Origin: Carcharhinus amblyrhynchos
Lineage: Eukaryota
Assembly (NCBI GenBank): GCA_965287045.1
Contig: OZ336876.1
Coordinates: forward strand, 38,502,001-38,566,000
Direction: 5' to 3'
DNA: 64,000 nucleotides
Part shown: positions 12,121 to 22,674 of the stretch, in pieces
Numbering within the stretch: position 1 is the first letter of the stretch
How the letters are laid out: each line of letters opens with the position of its first letter
Translations under genes and position numbers: made by a program
The notes under the pieces: model-generated
The model's database searches: none
Told to the model about the DNA's origin: nothing
The model's input: the letters and a program-made list of their open reading frames with translations, nothing else

Positions 12121-13392
12121 AGTGTGCGGCGCAGGGGAGCCGCAGTCAGCGGCTGTGGTGAATGGGAGTCAGTGTGCGTTGGTGCTGCTGACATTATTCA
12201 CATTGCAGCCACGTAACTCCACACATATACACACCAGGCAGTGGAAAGATGATGATGGCTCATGTCGGCTGTTGCTGAAAGGGGATCGGCCCCGTTCTAA
12301 CGGCCATCCCTTCACCTAGGAGCAAAAAGAGAAAAAGGCTGCTGCAGATATTTTTTATTTTCTTTTGTTTTTCAATTTTTTTGTTTTTGTTCTCTCTCTC
12401 TCCCCGCCGGCTTTTTCGTGTTTGCAAAGCTCCAAACAAAAAAAAATTGTGCATCCCAAGGTCGTCATCTCAACAACTGTGCAATTTGCAAAAGGCATCT
12501 CTGGGAGTTTGAAAGTCATCGCTGTGTGTTTGGAACCTAGGCTTGGAGGAATTAAGACTTTGCACGGTGGGAACACGATACGGTTGATCTCTTTTGTCCT
12601 TGACTGTTACTTTTTGTAAAGAAATTTTTATATATATATATATCCACATGCATATATGCTCGCCAAAAAAAATCGGAAAGTGCTCGCCAGCCAAAGACTT
12701 TCTCAATGAGTGCAAAATAAATCTCCTTGTTGAAGTTGCACTTGGACGTTGCAGAGCAGATGACGAGAGGGTGAATGCCAGACTTCTTGTTTGATGATAG
12801 TTTGAGGCTATTTTGTTTCGGCTGCACAGGAGAGAGGGGGAGAGACGGCGGCGACAGAGGGGAGCGGACGCCACCTAGAGTCAAGAGGGTGAGGAAGCGG
12901 AGTGAGTTCCCTTGTCCCTCGCCACCTGGCTGGCTGGCTTGTGTGCAAAGCGCCTCGGCCACTTTGCTCTCGGTACCCGCACGTAACCCGCAAGAACAAA
13001 AAGCATTGTGATCTGGAGTTCTCTTCGACAACATCAGTGGTTGCCTTGGACTCTTCTGTACTCTGGAAGCTGCATTTATTTATACATATATATACACACA
13101 CATATATATGACTTCCTCCCAACAATCTATGCAAAAAACTGTAGCAATAAACAACGTTCTGCATTATCACTCCAAATGGTGCTTATTTTGAATTACTCTT
13201 GCTGGGGGAACAATTAATATAACTGGACCCCACAAGTGTAGACCAAAGTGCAAGAGAAAAGGGAGGGGGAAAGGCTCCAAACTGTTTTCTGGAGTAAACA
13301 GAACTCACTGAATTGTTTAATACAAACGTGAACGCTTTGAAAGTGAAGCCTTTTTTTCTTATTTTATAAAGAGGACTACTATTTACAGCCCC
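12120..13392 (+). other. TRIB2: Probable long 5' UTR of TRIB2 with multiple upstream ORFs
   Basis: Repeat-free stretch between the promoter and the ATG. ATG-initiated uORFs at 12162-12191, 12249-12278, 12262-12300, 12648-12794, 12656-12709, 12775-13011, 13108-13191 and 13176-13217. The TSS is inferred, not observed. Confidence 0.6.
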
Positions 13393-13665
13393 ATGAGCAT
13401 ACAGAGATCCAGTCCAATCAGCATTGTGAGGTATGGACGATCGAGGCACAAGGCTCACCACGAATATGAAGAATTATCTTGTGTGAGGACTAGTGACTGC
13501 AGCCAGAGTTTCAGCCCGAACCTCGGCTCCCCCAGCCCACCTGAAACCCCCAACTCGTGTCATTGCATTTCTCAAATCGGACAGTATCTATTGTTGGAGC
13601 CTTTGGAGGGGGACCACGTTTTCGGGGCTGTGCATCTGCATAGCGGCGAGGAGCTCGTTTGCAAG
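13393..13665 (+). CDS. TRIB2: Tribbles pseudokinase 2, coding exon 1 (aa 1-91)
   Basis: ATG at 13393. Translation [18 protein letters not shown]...[18 protein letters not shown]...[26 protein letters not shown] matches the TRIB2 N-terminus as I recall it. Donor AAG|GTAAC at 13665/13666, phase 0. Confidence 0.97.
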
Positions 13666-14069
13666 GTAACAGAAAATAAGCTTTTCCAGTAGCTTATCCA
13701 GTAAAGCGCCATTTGATTCCGAATTAGGTGGCGTGTGTGCACACAATACACCAGAGGCAAACGAATGAAAGTGCAACCTCTTTTGTTGATCGTGGGGGTG
13801 GGGGGTACGCTTAGCAGTTGGATCCATGAAACTGAGTACATTTTTGTAATTTAATCGTGACTTTTTGGTTTTCTTTTCGTTGGGTAACGCAATTTCAGAA
13901 GGGGTTATCTATTGAAACTTTTTTAAGTTGCACCATAAAGATCTGCAAGATGTGGGCCATTGTGTCTAACTGATGAATATGCTGGACCACCTTACCCGAT
14001 TGCTTCCCGGTGCATTGGTATAGGAAAGAGAGGGTGCCGAAATTCACTTTTTTTGTTTTGCTTCCGCAG

Positions 14070-14362
14070 GTATTCGATGTTGGTCGATATCAAGAAACAT
14101 TAGCAGCCTATTTTTATCTCTCTGCGCATGAAAGCATCAACCAGATAACTGAAATTCTTCTAGGGGAGCAGCGATCGTATGTTTTTTTTGAGAAGAGTCA
14201 TGGGGATATGCATTCATTTGTTCGCACTTGCAAGAGGCTCAAAGAGGATGAAGCAGCGCGATTATTCTATCAGATAACGTCTGCTGTAGCACACTGCCAT
14301 GACAATGGCGTGGTACTGCGAGATCTCAAACTGAGGAAATTTGTATTTAAAGACGAGGAACG
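14070..14362 (+). CDS. TRIB2: Tribbles pseudokinase 2, coding exon 2
   Basis: Polypyrimidine tract plus CCGCAG acceptor (AG at 14068-14069). Encodes VFDVGRYQE...[11 protein letters not shown]...[16 protein letters not shown], including the Tribbles catalytic-loop motif. Donor CG|GTAAG, 293 nt, phase 2. Confidence 0.97.
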
Positions 14363-17300
14363 GTAAGGCTGGCAGTCCGTGGCCGTTTTAATCCAGCGAG
14401 TATAAGGCAAAGCTCTGTGTAAGCCGTGGCCTACAATTGCTGTGAGGCCGCCCCATGCAGCAGTATCAAGGCACCTTCTGCACTCTGTTTAAACTGTTAC
14501 ACTCCAATGATCTCTCTTTCCAAATGACGTTTGTATCAGTTGGTAAATATTTAAAGTAATTCATTATTACGTTGCTGGTTTCTGTTTAGACCAAGATTTT
14601 TGGAGGCTGAAGTCTAATAACAACTTTAGCAACTCCTATTAACCCTTTTGTGGGGAATTTTGTCCCACGTGTGGGTCTCTCCTGCTTTTAAGCCTCCTGC
14701 ATAACTAGTGGCTGCGATACGATTACACTTTTGAGGGTTTGAATAGTAAAGACACACTGACATTGAGCTTGTTTGATCAGCGCTCTGGCACAAAAATCTG
14801 AAATAATGTTTATAGTTTCAGCTCTTAATGCTCACTGGGGTTTAGGCAGAATGATCACGTTGGGGATGTCACAACCACCGATTTTGACGTGGATGGGCTG
14901 TTTGTTACAAGATACTAAGTGTTCTTCCCACGCAGTGCAACCTCACAAAGTTGCAGATTACACTAACGGAGGGAGTCTGCCTTGTAGCTAACACATTTGG
15001 TGCAAAACTTCAAAGAAAACTAACTGCGTCAGCCACGTGCTTACTGCAGTGTGAGTGAATGTGATTCCGAATTTAAACATGCACACTTGATGATCCCCGA
15101 GCCGCCACTAGGTATCTGCTCCCTTTGCTTCACTGAATGCATGTCCCCTGTGCAAAGAAGTTTATTGCAAGTGGGGCGACCTGAAGCAATCTGCAACAGC
15201 GGTCAAGTATTACACAGTCAGACAGCACAGTGAGTCACTTCTGATGTCTCCCCTGTGTGCAGAATAGAAACGTGGACCCAGTCTCCGTGCACAAAGGAAT
15301 GATGCTTGGTTTATTCTTTAGGAAGTGGTCGCTGGTTGCTGAGAATAAGGCTGAAAGCGAACAGCAGAATACTGTTGTAATGCAGGTGTATGCATTGGGA
15401 AGAACAATGCACCGTTTAATGAAGGTCCTGAATTAGGAGTCGGGTGCAGTGTGGCCACAATGTGTTTTAGGCACGTGTAGCCCGGTATCTGTGTCTGCGG
15501 TGCAGTGGGTGACTGGCTCTGAGCTGTAGAACCGCAGTAGCTTGAATGTCGATTTGAATTACGAGTTCCCTCAGCAACCGAAGCATAGATAGTTTGAAAG
15601 GCGACTGTAGAACTGTTTAATTTTGCGATCGGGAGCCTTTTTTTTAAAGTGGACTTTCTCAACTGGCCACGGGGATAGAATGTGGACCTGGCTTTGTCTT
15701 GGGTTTTTAAAAACACTCCTCCGTGGTTACTGGTACCCTGCTCTTGCTCCAGCCGCAGCGTGCAGCTGCTGCTGGGCTGGGTGGGTGTGTGTGAGCTGCT
15801 TCTTGCATTCAGCTCTTGAGCTGTGGTCTTGCTGAGATGAGGCTTACCCGGGTAGCAGGTTCCCCAAGTCTCTATGGCGACACAAGCATATTTCCGGCGG
15901 GCTGCTCTGCGGTCTCATTCACAAACAAATGGGAAGGCGTTGGCAACACGTAGTTTCCCTTCTGCCTACCTAGACAGCTGTTTTTGCAATAAGCTGGAAA
16001 GGTTTATTCTGCGTGGTGTTATTGCCTTCTCCCTATGCCCAATTAAAGCCTGCCTTGGTAGAAGCCATAGGAGTACTTATCAAATCATATATGCTTTTTT
16101 AAAATTTAAATAGTAAAAAGTTGCTCCACTGTCGTTAAACAAAGGTGCACTTTTAAAAGAGGCTACAGCAAATAGAAAACTAAATCATAAATTCAAGGGA
16201 TCTTTAGTATTACCCGTATGCACCAGTCCCTGCAGTGCCTACTGCTCATAGCAGACCTCCAGTGCCACTTGCTGCTTCCCCATGGCCAGCTGAGTATGGA
16301 CAAGAACCAAGGTGGTCAGAGTGACTCAGCCTATATATGTGGAAGGCAGGGGGAGGAGGTCATTCTAGTTATTATGACTGCTACAGTTAATAAGGATTTA
16401 AAGCTTCAATTGAAATCAAATCTGACAGCATTCAAGATAATCATGTTAAACCAGAAAAGGTACAAAAAAATGAGCTTTTAAAATCCAGTCTTGCCAGTGT
16501 AACTTTGCAGCTGCTTTATTTGTGCACATGCTTTTCTTTTTGTTGGTATCTTTTCTGTTTAGTATTAACTTTTCAGTGGTTAATTAAAGAAAGCATTTAG
16601 GTGACAAGTTTAGTATGCAATGAAATACGTAGATTTTAAAAAACCTACTGCAACTACAGTTACCTAACTTGGATTGAGAATATGTTCACTGAAGTGGCCA
16701 GCTGTATATGTTAATATCTGCCGAAGTGTTTAAATATTCACTGATCCTGCAAAGTGTGAGGGAGAGGAAATTGGTGGCCAGAGCTGTTTATGTGCCGGTT
16801 CTTTGTTTAAAGGGATGTGTCTGCATGCCAGTTTCACCTTGAACTGCAAATTTGTTACTGTTGTGAGCTGACAATGCTTATGTTGCAGACAAGAGAATTA
16901 ACTAATCATTTGCTTGCATAACAAATTAGTCTTTATTTCAACTACTGTGTTTTGTTAAGTCACCTGAGACTTTACATAAATAGCTTGTGGCATCTAGTGG
17001 TAGAAATGGAATATTCACAGGTGAACAATTTTCCTACTCGTACAGATAATACCACTTCACATCCAAATATATTATCAGACTCAAATTTCAGAAAAAGTAT
17101 TCAAAATGCCTGATGCTTCAGGCATCAGAAGCTCATTTTCTGTCACATTTGCTTACAATTTTAAAAAAAACAACAGATTTAAGCAAAATGGAGTACCTGG
17201 CAGTGAAATCATGTATCTCAATTCTTTGGCTTTCACAGTAGTTTTAAAAGCTCTCTCCCATATATGTTTCTCGTTCTGGTTAGAATACAGTCCTTATTTA

Positions 17301-17611
17301 CTTTGCCAATTCTGCTAGCTTTGACAGTGATATCTTGGTGGGAGGTGTTATTAATTTGAATGTCTGCCCAATTATATATGTGAATGGTTAAACAAGCTGT
17401 CTAATCAAAAGCTTTCTGTTCTTGGGAAGACCAGCCGCTGAATCTAAATGGTTAAAATGGGAATCTCTAACTGGAGTGTTGAATGAAATCAGGAAAATTT
17501 TTCAATATCCTTTTCCAGAGTTTAGATTATTCACTAAACTTCATACCATGAATCAGATCGCGTGAGCAATTTTCTTTTCTTGCTACTTTTGATTATTTGA
17601 AATATCCTGAA

Positions 17612-17897
17612 TTGGGTAGCACAGTGGCACTGTGGTTAGCACTGCTGCCTTAGTGCCAGGAACCCTGGTTCAATTCCTGGTTTGGGTCACTGAGGAGTTT
17701 GCACATGTCAGCAAGGGTTTTTTTTGGGTGTTCTGGTTTCCTCCCACAGTCCAAAAGACGTGCTGGTTAGGTGCACTGGCCATGTTAAATTCTCACTCAG
17801 TTTAATTGAACAGATGCCATAGTGTGGCGACTAGGAGATTTTCACGTAACTTCGTTGCAGTGTTAATGTAAGCCTACTTGTGACTAATAAAAAGTTT
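17612..17897 (+). mobile_element. HE1-type V-SINE, alternative tail (intron 2)
   Basis: HE1 head and core, but the tail is GACTAGG..ATTTTCAC.TAACTTC.TTGCAGTGTTAATGTAAGCCTACTTGTGACTAATAAA. Confidence 0.88.
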
Positions 17898-20029
17898 AAT
17901 TTTGAATTTTAAATTTGCACTGGTTAACTGAAAGCAACAAATGCAGATGCTGCTGAATTTTTGGTAGGTGGTTGCCCATGTGGTGTAGTGCCAGTCTGTG
18001 ATGATGATGGAGTGACTCCCAATGTCCTCTGCCTTGTTTGGGATAGGTGTGATGTGTCAGCAGCAGAGTTCTGGCATCATTATCCATCCATAAGTGTTTG
18101 TGTTCCATTGTGATGAAGTTGTTCTAGAAATTCCATGTTACTCGAGTTAACACAGTTTGGAATTTACAGGTTTTTAGGCCATTTAACAAATTCCTATAAC
18201 TAATCCTTCTGACTCCGGTGGCAGGTCTGTGTGAAAGCAGTGATGGTTTTTTTTTGTGCCTCTAAACTTCAAAGTGTACGTGCGTATTTTGGACTATGTT
18301 AATTGCACAACTCAGTTTCCTTTGAATTTTTATTGCCAACAAATTACTCCCATTTAGCTGGAGTGATTTAGGTTGCAAAATTTTCCATATCTTCCTTCAG
18401 GGATTTGGTTTAGATATACTGGAGGTGTGATGGATATCTGTGCTGATTCTCAGTCAATCCCCTTTTTAAGCAGCAACGTTGGAGATTAAATTTTCTGTTT
18501 TAAATGCTTGAGCTTTGTTTCACTGACAGTTCAGGCTGCATTTTGCACAGTTTGGTGTCTCCTGAAATGGATATTCCATTTCTTAATTGCTGGGACTTCA
18601 TTGCCGCTCTAAGTTTGTTAACTTACACTTATCTTCAAATACAATGGCCCATTTTGATTAGTTTCTGGTACTTTGTGACTCAACTACTTGAATAAGGTGT
18701 TCTTTATGTATCAGACTCAATAGTGAGGGTTGATGGGCAAAACCATGAGAAATATCACAACTGACCCCACAGATGCATATTTTCCAACAGTGTGCCTCCC
18801 CAATTAATGACCAGGGACCATTTCTTTTTCCCTTGTTTTTTTTAAGTTCAGCCCCAAGGCATTGAGGTGATGTGGATTCCTGAGTTAATTTAGTTGAGAC
18901 CAGAGGTTGGACTTGTGACTGTACATGAAAATTTTCTTGTATGGACCTGTAGCAGTACTCCATGTTTATGACATGAACTTTGAGAGACTGGAGCTGCGAT
19001 GAATAAAATATGTAATTTTGTAAGAAAGCAAAATGTAATGGCTGAAAACTTTTAACCTGAGGCAGAATTCATTAAGGGCCTGACTCCCACTAGTCAGTCC
19101 ATTGATGTGCGAATGCTGAATGTGCATTTACCCAGGGAGCTGAACAAGCTGAGCTTTAATGATTTCCAAATGAAGTGTTGCAACAAGGAGGAGATTGTTC
19201 AGATATCAAAATAAATTGCCAAATTGTCACATTCCTGTTCAAGTTGTGCAGTTGCAGTTTTTATATTTAGTTGCGTGGTGTTTTGAATTATTTGATTGAA
19301 TAATGCTTTGTTTATTTGTAGCATTCTTTGAACTTGCAGAGAGCTGCCTGTCATTGGTGTGGAAGTCTGCCCATTCAGTGTAGATTGCTGCTGTAATTTG
19401 CTCCCATTTTGTTCTTATGCTTTGATTTCAGCAAGCAATTCCATTGTTTGAGAAGTTGTCGCCCATAGTATGAATGCAATATTGTATTGCGTTTAACTCT
19501 TTGTATGATAGGCAATTGCTTTGCTTTCAATTCATGTATTTTTTTTTGGTTTCCATCTTTTGGGCTCCTGAAGGTAACAAGAAAACCTAGGAATTGATGT
19601 AACAAAGAACTCATTCTGAGACAGCTGGTGATTTGAATTTCATGCATAATCTCATGCACAGTATCGCAATGAAAACAAATCAAGATGAAAATCCAAAATG
19701 CATGAAAGATTATTCTGAATATTTGAATACTGTTCTTCAGTGATTTTCAACAAATTTATGCTGGTTCATGGTAGACCATAGCAGTGGTTGTGAAAATTGG
19801 GTTTTTTTTATGTATTGGATGGTATGCATTTGCTTTGTGAAGTGATTTGTCTTGGTAGGAAGAACACAAAAAGGATAGTGAGATCTTGGTTTATACTGTT
19901 CTAGTCAAACAAAAACATGAATAGAGGAAGTAAAGGGAGAACTTCCACGTAGAGTACCCAGCATTGGGGACCTCCCCCACTGCCAGGCAGTAGGGGACCT
20001 TGGTTTATATGTGCACAAATCACTAAAGG

Positions 20030-20455
20030 TGTAGGGCAGATTGGGAGCACAGTTAAAGTGTACAGCATCCTGGGCTTTATCAATAGGAGCATGGAGTACA
20101 AAAACAAGGAACTTGCGTTAATTCTGTATAAAACACTAGTTTGGCCTCAGCTGGTACGTTTGTATCCAGTTCTGGGCACTGTGCTTTAGGAAGAGTGTGA
20201 AGGCCTTTTGAGATGATGCAGGAAAGGTTCACAAGAATGTTTTCAGGGATGAGGAAGTTGTTATGTAGATTGGATGAGACTGCCATGGAAAACAAGGTTG
20301 AGAGGAAATTTGGTAGACCTATTCATATCTAGAGGGGCCTGGAAAGATGGGGAGAAACTGATCCTGTTAGTGGAATCGAAGTGCGGATTTACAGTGATCA
20401 CGAGGAAAATCTCAATTTTCATGCAGCGAGTGGTTAGGATGTGGAATGCACTGTC
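20030..20455 (+). mobile_element. CR1-like LINE 3' fragment (intron 2)
   Basis: CTGTATAAAACACTAGTTTGGCCTCAGCTG...CAGTTCTGGGCAC (LYKTLV.PQL...QFWA), and ATGCAGCGAGTGGTTAGGATGTGGAATGCACTG. Confidence 0.8.
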
Positions 20456-20798
20456 CAGTTCTATAAATTATTGAAGCTATACATCAAGTCTTGCACATTT
20501 AAATGGGTGGTTTGAAGGAAATATTGAATTGGAAACTGAAATGTCACTATTCCATGAGTAATGATTTTATCAAGTCTGGTGCACATTAATTTTATAAGCT
20601 AGGTTTGTATTGAGTTGAAGTTTCCATAGTCCTCGCTGTAAGTGTACTGTTGTCTTCAGGAGTGATTGCCTGCTATATTCAATCAATTTAATACAGAATT
20701 TTGTGTATATCTCCAATGACTTACCGTTTTTAAAATGTTAACTCAAAATCTTAGTAATTTGCTTTTGATCTCTGGAACTGGTTGTGCGGCGAGCTGTA

Positions 20799-20802
<4 letters not shown>

Positions 20803-20838
<36 letters not shown>
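20803..20838. repeat. (CT)18 microsatellite
   Basis: Perfect dinucleotide run. Confidence 0.95.
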
Positions 20839-20841
<3 letters not shown>

Positions 20842-21138
20842 GTTCATAAGCAAGAAATGAGATAGCTGTCTTGCTCCTATACCTGCCAGTATAACTGCAT
20901 TGTGGGTTGTGGCGTGCAAGTAGTGAAAGATGTTTTGATCTACTTTTTTCTGTTCCATTTCTGAGGAACTGCCTCTTTTTGGGAAGAAGAGTAAATTATT
21001 TGCCTTGATATTGGGGGTCTGAGGTGTGAGGATCCAACAGGAACATCAATGTTATTTGACTTCCATTTCATCCCTTTTATGGCTAGAAGTCCTGTTATTG
21101 AAGCCCATAGCTTTATAAACATTAGGAACAGGTTTCTG

Positions 21139-21485
21139 TTAGAATCCCTACACTTCAGAAAGAGGCCATTCAGCCCATCAAGTCTGCACCAACTCTCCAA
21201 CAGAGCATCATATCCAGGCCCTATCTCTGTAACCCTACTTGTTTACCCACTAGTTCCTTAAACCTGTACATCTTTGAACACTAAAGGACAATTTGCCATG
21301 GCCGATCAACCTAACCTGCACATTTTTAGACTGTGGGAGGAAATCTGAGCCCCTGGAAGAAACCCAGACAGACATGGGGAGAATGTGCAAACTCCACATA
21401 GATGCACAGTCATCCACAGTTAGAATTGAACTCGGGTCTCTGGTACTGTGAGGCAGCAGTCTAACCACTGAGCCACCGTGCCACC
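21139..21485 (-). mobile_element. HE1-type V-SINE (intron 2)
   Basis: Reverse-complement head CTGTGAGGCAGCAGTCTAACCACTG and tail AGAATCCCTACA. Confidence 0.9.
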
Positions 21486-21646
21486 TCTAGTTCTAGTTAA
21501 TATTTACAAACAATAGAAGTTCCTTCTAGCACAGAGGAATATTACTTTTAGATGGCTCCTTCACTTAATATATTTACACACAGCTTTTAGTAACCAGCAA
21601 TTAGATAATTGAAGGCAACTGTTGTTATTTCACTTCCTTCCTTATT

Positions 21647-21938
21647 GGGTGGCACAGTGGTTAGCACTGCTTCCTCACAGTGCCAGAGACCTGGGTTTGA
21701 TTCCTGGACTTGGTCACTGTCTATGCAGAGTCTGCATGTTCTCCCTGTGTCTGCATGGGTTTTCTCCAGGCATTCCAGTTCCCTCCCTCAGTCTGAAAGA
21801 CATCTGGTTAGGTGTATTGGCTATGCTAAATTCTCCCTCTGTGCCCAAACAGGTGCTGGAGTGTGATGACTAGGGGATTTTCACATAACTTCATTGCAGT
21901 GTTAATGCAAGCCTACTTGTGAACCAAAATAAACTTTA
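21647..21938 (+). mobile_element. HE1-type V-SINE, alternative tail (intron 2)
   Basis: GGTGGCACAGTGGTTAGCACTGC head; tail TAACTTCATTGCAGTGTTAATGCAAGCCTACTTGTGA. Confidence 0.9.
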
Positions 21939-22199
21939 AAACATTAGGGAGCAAGAGATTAGAAAAATGGACAGCTAGTAGATATATTGTGTGAATGTGA
22001 AATGCAGAAATTTCAAATTTATCATATGTAGGATCTATATTTATACTCATTCATGGAATAAGCAAAATGATCCAGCCTGGATCATTAAAGTCAGTTTCTA
22101 ATTTATGCAGTATTTTGTATATTGGGTAGTTTCTTTGAAACACTGAAGTATATTTGCTTGGTAAGTCATGTGATTTTACTTTTGATTCTCTCGTTGCAG

Positions 22200-22674
22200 G
22201 ACTCGAGTAAAGCTGGAAAGCTTGGAGGATGCTTGCATCTTGAATGGTGAAGTTGATGCTCTCTCAGACAAGCACGGGTGCCCAGCTTACGTGAGCCCCG
22301 AGATCCTTAACACCAATGGCAGCTACTCTGGTAAGGCAGCTGATGTTTGGAGTCTAGGTGTAATGCTGTACACAATGCTTGTTGGACGGTACCCTTTCCA
22401 TGATGTGGAACCAAGTTCACTCTTTAGTAAGATTCGACGTGGCCAGTTTAACATTCCAGAAACTCTTTCCCCACGGGCGAAATGCCTTATCCGTAGCATT
22501 TTGCGTCGAGAGCCTTTGGAAAGGCTGACGTCCCGGGAAATCTTGGACCATCCCTGGTTTGCCTCTGATTTTGCAGCTTCTAGTTCCGGATATGGTGCTA
22601 ATGAAAAAGAAGCAATCGATCAGCTGGTACCTGATGTGAATATGGATGTTGAATTGGACCCATTTTTCAACTGA
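22200..22674 (+). CDS. TRIB2: Tribbles pseudokinase 2, coding exon 3 (to stop)
   Basis: TTGCAG acceptor (AG at 22198-22199), and CG+G restores Arg in frame. Encodes [10 protein letters not shown] (SLE in place of DFG), [17 protein letters not shown] (MEK-binding motif), DQLVPD (COP1-binding motif) and ends LDPFFN-TGA. Total CDS 1041 nt. Confidence 0.97.

Noticed and set aside
12470-13170. Antisense ORFs of 120-160 aa over the TRIB2 leader
   Set aside because: No recognisable domain, mostly non-ATG starts, and they include TA-repeat-derived residues; expected by chance in GC-richer DNA.
14010-14069. ORF-track extension upstream of exon 2, and the TTG start at 22222
   Set aside because: Artefacts of unspliced ORF calling; canonical splice sites give a continuous TRIB2 frame.
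22161-22166. Perfect GTAAGT donor 39 nt upstream of the exon 3 acceptor
   Set aside because: The implied 39-nt intron is below the normal vertebrate minimum, and no upstream exon is supported.
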